Shown here one piece after another: positions 55,547 to 64,000 of a stretch of 64,000 nt of DNA. The notes under the pieces are model-generated. The model was not told where the DNA came from. It made no database searches and saw only the letters and a list, made by a program, of their open reading frames with translations. The stretch's first letter is position 1. Each line of letters starts with the position of its first letter. The translations under genes and the position numbers were made by a program. Where the stretch lies: the NCBI GenBank assembly GCA_964016885.1, contig OZ024743.1, positions 268,398,001 to 268,462,000 on the forward strand, read 5' to 3'. This DNA is from Eledone cirrhosa. Taxonomy: Eukaryota.

Positions 55547-55829
55547 AAATAGATAGATAGATATGTGTGCATCAGTGGTTCTAGACTTAGTCAATACATT
55601 ATGTATTTGTATTTCTACTTATTGTTAATAATATGTATGTTGGGTTGTTGTAAATACTTTGACAAGAACACTAGAGAACAGTATGGATCTCTACTGAGTG
55701 CTAAGAAGCAGCACGTCTCTCCATTTTATGCTCTCTTCACACAAATCAATCAGATGTGAGTACCACGTCCAGTAATACACTTTCAGTATGTTTTCTGCAC
55801 AGCTGCTCTTTATAGCATTCTAATACACG

Positions 55830-56432
55830 ACCACCACCAGCAACAACCACAACAACATCTACAACACGATGACATCATTATCACCATCACCAATAACAAT
55901 ATAATGGCAAAACCACCACCATCACCACCACCACCATCACCACCACCACTACCACCACTGCTGCCGCCACCGCCGACATCAACAACGACTAAAGTAAATT
56001 ACTATCATCACCAACAACAATATAATGGCACAAACACCACCACCACCACGACCGCCACCACTACCATCATCATCACCCCCGCCAACACCACCACCGCCGC
56101 CGTCAACAACGACTAAAGGAAAGTATTACCATCACCAACAACAATATAATGGCACAACCACCATCACCACCCACGCCACCACCAACACTACCAACAAAAC
56201 CACCAGCGCCACCACCATTAACAACGACAACAATATAATGGCACAACCACCACCACTACCACCACCTCCACTACCACTGCCGCCGCCGCCACCACCAACA
56301 ACACCGACTAAAGTAAACCACTACCAACAACAACAACAACAAGAATACGAACAACACAATCACCTGCCACGACAATCATGACAGTGAAAATGCCCCCCCC
56401 CCTCAAACTCCCCACAACCACCACCAGCCAAC
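55830..56432. repeat. (CAC/CAA)-rich low-complexity tract with a degenerate 90-125-bp repeat
   Basis: ACAATATAATGGCA recurs at about 55897, 56017, 56141 and 56230; GACTAAAG recurs three times. Confidence 0.85.
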
Positions 56433-57064
56433 AACGCATTCCATTCATTGCTTTGATTTCTCTTTGCTCTTCGCCTTTCTCTTCCGCTTCCCCTTTTTTT
56501 TCTTCCTCTTTTTCAACTTTTTTAGCAAATTCTTCCTATTTATATCAAAACTTGTTTTTCCCCCTCTTCCTTACGCCATTTTCTTTTTCCCTTACACAAT
56601 TTCACCTGCTTACCTGGTCAAGCAGATGTACAGCCGCCGTATTCTCCTCTTCCATCAAAGAACTTATCTCCCCCAAAGTATCTTCATCAGCCACACCTCA
56701 CTTCTCACACGACATATTCCCTCTATCATCACAATATCCAGTCATCCACACCACCTCATCCTCAGTTCATCTATCGACGTTTTTCCAGCCTGTGTTTTCG
56801 ATAAACTTGCCTGCTGTCACGTGGTTTCATTAGTTATGTCAATGTGTGTCATCAACCTTTACAGCCAGCAGTAACAACAACAGTAGCAGTCGATACAACA
56901 GTATTAGCAGCAGCAGAAATAGGAATACAGCAACAGTAGCAGTAGTAGAGTTTGATAGCAAATGGTAGTTGTCTTACTATATTTCTCTTGTACTTTTTCA
57001 CGCTCTAAGCTTCCATTTTTTCTTTACTCTTGTCTTTCATAGACATCACACTTTTCATTTACGC

Positions 57065-57184
57065 TAACTACTACTACTACTACTACTACTACTACGACGA
57101 CTACTACTACTACTACTACTACTACTGCTGCTGCTGCTACTGCTACTACTAATGCTGCTGCTTCTGCTGCGGCTACTACTACTA

Positions 57185-57237
<53 letters not shown>

Positions 57238-57273
57238 ACTACTACTACTACTACTACCACTACTACTACTACT
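57065..57273. repeat. (CTA)n/(CTG)n microsatellite
   Basis: Read directly. Confidence 0.97.
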
Positions 57274-57599
57274 GTTTTCAGGGAGGTACAAACAAATCTA
57301 ACATATTTAATGATGGGGTTTAACTATTCATGTTTATCCCAGTACTGGGATAGTACATTATTTTAACAATCCCGAAAGAACGGTAAAGGAACATCAGACT
57401 GGTAAGAGAATGACATCAGCCGAAATTGAACTATTACTTAATATTAATTTGTAGAATTGTCTTAGATTTTTGAATTCATACGTACATCGGCATAAACGAA
57501 AATCCCAATGCAAATTTGAACGAACAAATACATTGTGTGCATATAAGAATGTATACACTTATATAACCACACATAGAGAAGAAGAAATGTGTGGACTAA

Positions 57600-58165
57600 A
57601 TGGCTACCGACCACAATGCACACACAGACGACAGGCTCCTTTCCTTAGCACATTCCTCTCTCTTTAGGAATACAAAACTCCTTACTATTGAAAAAACCTC
57701 TCTAATTAACAACCAGAAAGCTACATAAGACACCCCATGTCATTCTATACTTCCTATACATATCTCTTTGCATTAACTGCAACAATATATAATTTTCCAA
57801 ATAATTTCCAACAGAATTCACTATACATACTAATCCTATAAACCACCTAAGTTAGATAAAGATCCCTTTACAAAAAATGGGCAGGATAAAAAGATTGCCC
57901 CCTTATATTCGATTTACTACAAACCTGAACCTTAATTATTGCCCCTATCTTTAGAGCCCTCCTGCCAAAAACTAATGTAGGAAAACAATCATTCCAAGAG
58001 GCCGGACTGAAGATTTGACAGAGTTATTATTGCAAAGTCAATTTGGCTAAATCAATGAAACGTGTATCTGTAAGCATGTTTTGTAGATGTAATAAATAAC
58101 TGTATAACTCGATCCTCGGATTGATTACTCTACCAGATTTGGATATTTATTACGAAATTCAGTTA
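57600..58165 (+). mobile_element. Probable Penelope-like element 3' remnant (pseudo-LTR)
   Basis: Contains a hammerhead motif (58003-58070). Its 3' tail (antisense TGGTAGAGTAATCAATCC...GAGTT) resembles the tail of the PLE at 61131-61190. Ends at a (CA)n tract. The left boundary is uncertain. Confidence 0.55.
58003..58070 (+). ncRNA. Minimal type-I hammerhead ribozyme motif (decayed)
   Basis: CGGA-CTGAAGA(58007-58013)-stem II-GAAA(58057-58060)-CGTG-TA-TCTG. Stem I is CGGA/TCTG with one G.U; stem III ACGTGT is one change from the palindrome ACGCGT. Confidence 0.6.
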
Positions 58166-58170
58166 CACTA

Positions 58171-58213
58171 TACACACACATACGCACACGCACGCACGCA
58201 CACGCACGCACGC

Positions 58214-58303
<90 letters not shown>

Positions 58304-58318
58304 GCACGCACACGCACA
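58171..58318. repeat. (CA)n/(CACG)n microsatellite
   Basis: Read directly. Confidence 0.97.
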
Positions 58319-59369
58319 TCTATCCTTTTACTTCGTAGACTGCTTCTATTTCTTCATGTGTTTCTCGTTGTAGTTTTTGTGCTCTCCTTCACTCCAACTC
58401 ATATAATGGATGGACTTCATTTTGAAATGAAATACAGGAATGTTTCATTCATTCTCTCTCTCTCTCCCCTCTCTCTCTATCCCTCTCTCTCTCTCTCTTT
58501 CTCGGTATATATACTCTCTCTCTCTTTCTATGTATATATATATGTGTGTGTATCATTCGCTCTTTCTATCTCTGTATATATCTATATATCTCCTATTGTA
58601 TCACTTTCTTTCTATCTCTCTGTATATACCTACCTATCTCCTATTGTCCCACTTTCTTTATATCTCTCTGTATATATCTACCTATCTCCTATTGTCTCAC
58701 TTTCTTTGACTCATGCTCTCCATCATTCGCTCCCTCTAATTACCGCTGGCATTTTAGCCCATTACTCCTTTCAATCATTGAAATCTTTCGACTTTCCATT
58801 TCTATTTTTTTATTCTTTCTTTCTCATACAACCTTCCATCCCTCCCTACATATATCATGGTATCCTTACTTGAATATCAGTCTCAATTTTTTACTAACTG
58901 CAAGCTATTTCTCTTTCCGTTCTCATCTTTCCAAATCGACGTCTAACGATTTATCTAATCCACCAGTCTTTATAATATACTCGTTATATCTTTTCAGCCT
59001 CTCTCAGAACTGCTAAAGCTTTCTCCTTCCACATAAATTTCACCTGAAAGATGAAAGGAAACGGGAAACGTACATTGGCCTTTTATCTATATATACAAAT
59101 GTATGTACGTCTACCTGCATATCTGTATTTTCGGTCCTTCCTATCACCTTCCCTCACACACTTTCCATTATTTCTCTCTCCCTCTCTCACGCTTACTCTC
59201 TCTCTCTCTCCGTCCCCCTCTCCCTCTCATTTTCTCCTTCTCTCATTCTCTATCTATCTATCTCCTTCTCTTTTTCACTTCCTCACTCTCTCTGATTCTC
59301 TGTCTCTTTGTCTCATGTTTACTGAAAGAAATTAGAAAGTGAGGAAATGATCAAACCACAGGTTATATA

Positions 59370-59418
<49 letters not shown>

Positions 59419-59456
59419 CCTGTGGTTTGTTCCACCTGGTATTTTACCACACCCTA

Positions 59457-59499
<43 letters not shown>

Positions 59500-59532
59500 A
59501 AGTAATTAAAAGATGGTTAAAAAAGTTACATG

Positions 59533-59602
59533 TATTTATTATGCGCATTTCAAAAACAAATATCATCCTGGGAAGATATTTGCATTCTCATAAGATAAAA
59601 TA
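59533..59602 (-). ncRNA. Minimal type-I hammerhead ribozyme motif, inverted copy (core mutated CUGAUGA to CUUAUGA)
   Basis: Minus strand reads TATTTTAT-CTTATGA-GAATGCAAATATC-loop-GATATTTGTTTTT-GAAA-TGCGCA-TA-ATAAATA; stem III palindrome ATGCGCAT is intact. Confidence 0.8.
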
Positions 59603-59712
59603 GGGAGACATGATATGATGCCTAAAAAAACACTTGTGAACATATGATAAATAAATTTAAAAGGATATAGAAGATTGGAAAAAAGGGAAGGAAGGGGCAT
59701 ATCATGTCTCCC

Positions 59713-59783
59713 TATTTTATCTGATGAGAACGCAAATATCTTCCCAGGATGATATTTGTTTTTGAAAAGCGCATAATAAAATA
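59713..59783 (+). ncRNA. Minimal type-I hammerhead ribozyme motif in a PLE-type pseudo-LTR
   Basis: Stem I TATTTTAT (59713-59720) / ATAAAATA (59776-59783) is a perfect 8 bp. Core CTGATGA 59721-59727; 13-position stem II 59728-59740 / 59751-59763; GAAA 59764-59767; AGCGCA; cleavage triplet AUA ending at 59775. Confidence 0.88.
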
Positions 59784-59904
59784 CATGGAACTTTTTTAAC
59801 CATCTTTTAAATTCTTCTTATATATACTCCAATCCAATAAACTGTTGAGTGCTACTTATCCGATATTTGCATTGCCTTATTGTTCTACAATAAAACTCAC
59901 CTCC

Positions 59905-59955
<51 letters not shown>

Positions 59956-60058
59956 TAGGGTGTGGTAAAATACCAGGTGAACCATAGTCCACCAGAGTAC
60001 TTATATATTGTAAGCCCTCTTCGGATTATAGTCTTCAGATTTATTATTACTATATATA

Positions 60059-60924
60059 TGAGGTGTGTCAGAAAAGTTCCAGGACTGATGTCACAAAAAA
60101 TTTATTTCAAGCCCAAACTTCACATAAGAGTTTTCTCCTTCAAAGTAATCCCCCTGGAGTATGTAACTGTAATCTTAGCTCTCTGCAGCGATCAAACTTT
60201 TTTCTTCATAATTGTATATACATGTCCTCTGTTTCAGATCGTCAAGCAATGAGTACAGAGCAACAAACACACTTGAAGTTTCTGGTACGGTTGGGGAAAA
60301 CTCCGTCAGAAGCACTGGGATTGCTGCAGTAAGTGTATGGAGATGAGACGATGTCACGCTCACGTGTGTTTGAGTGGTACAAGATGACCCCAGGAGCTGA
60401 GGGCCCTCAACAACCAGGACTGATGTCAACGTTGAGCGCGTCAGGCAGATGGTGCGTAGCGATCGTCCTGACTGTTCGACTGATGGCAAATGAGCTGGGC
60501 ATGAATCGGGACAGCGTCTGGAATATTCTCACTGAAGATTTGAACATGCGGAAACTCTGCGCGAAGATGGTGCCAAAACTGCTGAACGATGACCAGAAGG
60601 GTCGACGCATGCAAGTGTGCCAGGACATCCTCTAGCGTCTTGAAACCGAACCAGACTTGCTAGGGACAATCATGGATCTTCGAGTACGACCCGGAAGGGA
60701 CCCGTTTTGAAGACGTGGACGATATCAAAAAGGCCGTGACGACGGAACTGCAGAGAATCCCGGAAGAATCCTTCTAGGAGTGTATGCAAGCGTGGCAGAA
60801 AAGGATGGAAAAGTGCATTAGACTCCAGGGGGATTACTTTGAAGGAGAAAGCTCTTAGTGTAATGTTTGGGTTTGAAATAAATGTTTTGTGACATCAGTC
60901 CTGGAACTTTTCTGACACACCTCT
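60059..60924 (+). mobile_element. Tc1/mariner (mariner-type) transposon, internally deleted, with TA target-site duplication
   Basis: TIR GAGGTGTGTCAGAAAAGTTCCAGGACTGATGTCACAAAA at both ends; TA at 60057-60058 and 60925-60926. Transposase remnants are HTH YGDETMSRSRVFEW, linker LCAKMVPKLL and C-terminal W..R..KC...G.YFE; the catalytic core is missing. Confidence 0.93.
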
Positions 60925-61023
60925 TATATAGTGCTCTACCACTACGGATATTACCTTCCAGTGTTCTACCTCTCTCTCTCTTGCACTCTCTCTCTCTCCC
61001 CATCTCTCTCTCTCTCTCTCTCT

Positions 61024-61093
<70 letters not shown>

Positions 61094-61130
61094 AGAGAGA
61101 GAGAGAGCGAGAGAGTGCAAGGGAGAGAGA

Positions 61131-62336
61131 GGTAGAACACTGGAAGGTAATATCCGTAGTGGTAGAGCACTCAGTCCATGGGACGAGTTGGTAGAAGTAG
61201 TAACCTAACAGTTAGTTCACCATACCGAGAACAATTGTTTCACCTTAGCGGATCTTCAGCTCGTACTGGTCATGGTTATACGTAACAACCGTATGAACGC
61301 GCATGCGCAGAACGGTCACTTCACCCAAGCGATACAAGGCCACGGGCGAAAGGTGTAATGGAAATAACTGTGAAAGTCCAGAAAAGGGGTCCGAGTTGAT
61401 TAGAAAATTAGATTGTTGTTGTTATTCAATCCGGAGCCTTGTAGTTATGCAAGAGGTGTTTCCAGACATGTGGACAACGTGAGAGGATTTCATTTCTTGC
61501 TTTTAGGCAATCGCTATTGCGTAATCTCCTTAGAATATTTATCCTTTCTTCAATACACAGTCCACAAGACGGATTGCCCCTTGCGTATCGCTTGGACATA
61601 GTGATGGCTTTCCATTGAATGGACTAGTCTATACCTGAGTCCTTGAGGGACCATACATGGCTCGCGAGTTTCGTGGATAATCGTTTGTCCGGGTCGACTG
61701 ATGGTTCAGGAAACGCTCCTTAAATCCGCCTTCCGCCATACCCACATAGGATTTGACCTCCTGTGGTTGATTTTGTCGGTTGGAAGTGACCAGAGTTTCA
61801 TAAACTACAGCGGTTGTGTTGCATTGCTGTTGAAGGACAAGCTTCAGGCTTTCGGCAAGAGCATCCTGCTGGGGTATCGCTCTTAGGACTGTTGGTGATG
61901 TGGGCCTACATATTCTTAGCGCAGGAGTACCCTAGTTTTACTAGTGTCTGTTAAAGATGGAGCGGTATGTGTGACGTTTGGGAAAGTGTCTATCTAAGAG
62001 GGCTAAAAACTTTTTTCCTACATTAGTTTTAACGTTGAGTGAGAAGGGAGGAGAGAACCAGATATTTTGTCTCTTGTTACAATTTCTTTTCTTATTGCTG
62101 TTGTTGTTAGTGGGGGAGTAAGTAATTGGTTGCGAGAAGCCGCTGTTAGCTAACGCCGTGTTGTAGTAGGGTGCCGTTCAGTCAAAGATAATCTTATTAG
62201 AGGAGAAGTTAGAGATTCTAGTACTGATATTATTTACGAAATTTCTAAAAAGAGTAGGATGGTGGCATGAGTCCTGGTGTATGTAATATAGTTTTTCGTT
62301 TAGCTTATGGAAGGGTCTAAAGGTATGTGTGCGAAG

Positions 62337-62340
<4 letters not shown>
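61131..62340 (-). mobile_element. Penelope-like retroelement, 5'-truncated: RT C-terminus, GIY-YIG endonuclease and 3' pseudo-LTR
   Basis: [23 protein letters not shown]...[11 protein letters not shown] (62178-62335). Minus translation of ~61870-61450 gives CSCRKPEACP, AVVYETLV...SYVGMAEGGFKERFLNH, LASHVWSLK and IQWKAI...CGLCIEER, the PLE GIY-YIG pattern. Confidence 0.9.
61219..61270 (-). ncRNA. Minimal type-I hammerhead ribozyme motif in the PLE 3' pseudo-LTR
   Basis: Minus strand reads ACCAGTACGAG-CTGAAGA-TCCGCTAAGGT-GAAA-CAATTG-TT-CTCGGTATGGT. Stem III is the palindrome ACAATTGT; stem I CGAG/CTCG extends with bulges; same strand as the PLE ORF. Confidence 0.8.
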
Positions 62341-62383
<43 letters not shown>

Positions 62384-62491
62384 GTATATGTATATATATA
62401 TATGTATATATATGTATATATATATATATATGTATATGTATGTATATATATATATGTATATGTATGCATATATTTATATATATATATACAC

Positions 62492-62636
62492 ACACTACAT
62501 CTCATACATAATATTGATACTCTGCTGACTACAAACATTCAACACACAATTACCACGAAAACACACTTCCTAGGGAATCACTTTGCTCAAGTAATAAAAA
62601 TGAATACTCATGTTTGTGCCACCTCGCTCACCCACA

Positions 62637-62702
<66 letters not shown>

Positions 62703-62800
62703 TATGTGTGTGTGTGGGGGGGGGGGATTATTTAGTTATTTTGTTGATTCCGAGAGGTGGCACAAACAAGAGTATCAATATTATGTTTGAGATGTAGTGT
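62492..62800. repeat. Interrupted inverted repeat around the (TA)n tract at 62640-62699
   Basis: ACACTACATCTCATACATAATATTGATACTCT (62492-62523) pairs with AGAGTATCAATATTATGTTTGAGATGTAGTGT (62769-62800); TGTTTGTGCCACCTC pairs with GAGGTGGCACAAACA. Confidence 0.85.
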
Positions 62801-62922
62801 CACTTTAATGCTTTTATTCCGAATCAAGCGTTACCTATGTTCCACAAATGATTTGTTGGGGTATTTCTCGATTAGATAAACCTGATTATCAGACATGTAG
62901 ATTAAATAACACGCACACACAC

Positions 62923-63009
<87 letters not shown>

Positions 63010-63407
63010 AGGATTGGCTGTGTAGTTGCTAGTTAAGCTAGGCTTTAAAATGGAATGAGAATAAGAAGAAAGCAAGAACAGTGGGGGGGGGAGTTTCCCT
63101 CATCAATTGTCTATTAGGGGTCTCGGCTATTTCAACGCTTTAAAGACAATATATCTACCCTCAGAGCATTCAAGAACTGGCTAAGTTATTGGGAAAACAG
63201 AGGAGGGAGGGAAGGAAAATGGAAAGGAAAAGTAAAAAAAGGGGAGAAAAGAGAAAACAGCGAAAAAAAAAAAACAAATCCAAGAATGTGCGAGCAACTT
63301 AAGGTAAGAAAATCCAAGAACACAACGGTAACTGAACTTAAGTTCTAGTGCGTGTGATCCAACGAAAAGACACGACTGACCCCGGCGAGTGTAGTGTGTC
63401 AGTTTGT

Positions 63408-63640
63408 TTACAAGTAAACCGCCTCATAAAACACCACGTGGTAGATGACAGTATCATCCTCTTGTTCCGGCGGTAGCTGAGAGAAAACAATAGATAATTG
63501 ACAATTGTTTCGAAGTGTCTTGCCCCTTGTCAAGATTGTGCAATCTGTTCGTTCTGCTACCCGCTGGAACTGCTGAGAATACATACTGATTAGCCTCATT
63601 TGCATACCGAGCGATTTTACGGCCTGCTTTGCCAATTATA
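63408..63640 (-). mobile_element. Possible highly decayed LTR-retrotransposon (copia-like) integrase fragment
   Basis: YSQQFQRVAERTDCTIL...L...F...EAVYL loosely resembles PQQNGVAER.NRT...FWAEAV.TA.YL; no other domain or LTR seen. Confidence 0.3.
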
Positions 63641-64000
63641 TAAATAGTACAGAATTTTTAACCGATGCTGTGAGAGATGAGTTTGTAAACATACATTTTC
63701 ATATTAACCACGTAAACATGTTTTATTTACATATTTTTCCGTGGATTGATGTGGATGAACAACTTGATGCGAGTTTGATCTTTAATAAGATTAGCATTAG
63801 AAACTCAAAATCTTTCACAATGCACGAAACTCTTACAACCAAACGCATCATATGCTCATCAGTTTGACAGAAATAAAACACTGAAGCTACAAATTTGCAT
63901 AAATCTACTGTTTAAGGAGGTAGTTAACTCAATTACTTATTAAAGTGTGCACTGTGCAGCCGAAGTATATTATCATTTATATCTGTAAAAATAGTACGGT

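Larger units (their letters stand above)
59498..59908. mobile_element. Inverted pair of Penelope-type pseudo-LTR sequences (59498-59622 minus; 59695-59908 plus) between (TA)n tracts
   Basis: ~125-bp inverted repeat with a hammerhead in each arm; inverted partial LTRs and hammerheads are established features of PLEs. No coding sequence is present. Confidence 0.7.

Noticed and set aside
56605-56830. Possible minus-strand exon ending at CAG/GTAAGC (~56613)
   Set aside because: The best frame (VADEDTLGEISSLMEEENTAAVHLLDQ) has an upstream in-frame stop and no clear acceptor or homology.
57340-57432. Possible decayed minus-strand SINE fragment
   Set aside because: Only short patches (CCGAAAG...AAAGG, CCGAAATTGAACT) resemble the SINE; too weak to call.
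58121-59342. Hydrophobic ORFs resembling membrane proteins
   Set aside because: Derived from (CA)n, (CT)n and TATC-rich low-complexity sequence.
62860-62905. Possible fifth hammerhead on the minus strand (CTGATAA...GAAA)
   Set aside because: Core deviates, and neither stem I nor a stem III palindrome can be formed.

Overview
Eukaryotic, repeat-dominated DNA with no recognisable host gene. The tRNA-derived SINE at ~40.95-41.13 kb and the microsatellite style resemble octopus (cephalopod) genomes; this is from recall and is not verified. Bases 1-35,092 are one giant C/A-rich minisatellite (60-bp consensus with 54/58/59-bp variants) showing nested higher-order duplications of about 14.2 kb, 1,534 bp and 536 bp. 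The remaining ~29 kb is a stack of decayed mobile elements: an R4/Dong-like RLE LINE, an RTE LINE, hATm remnants, a SINE, a non-autonomous Helitron, a deleted mariner and Penelope-like elements (PLEs). The most notable observations are: (i) four diverged Tx1/L1-clade retrotransposon copies inserted head-to-tail in one (GATA)n microsatellite, each ending AATAAA-(TATC)n with no poly(A); the two 5'-complete copies share 5'UTR hairpins and a DPE-like motif spaced so that transcription could start inside the target repeat; (ii) four minimal type-I hammerhead ribozyme motifs in PLE-type termini; (iii) a 36-bp UUCG-capped hairpin whose arms co-vary with a second copy; (iv) several palindromes centred on (TA)n tracts. 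All family assignments rest on motifs recognised by eye; no database search was run.
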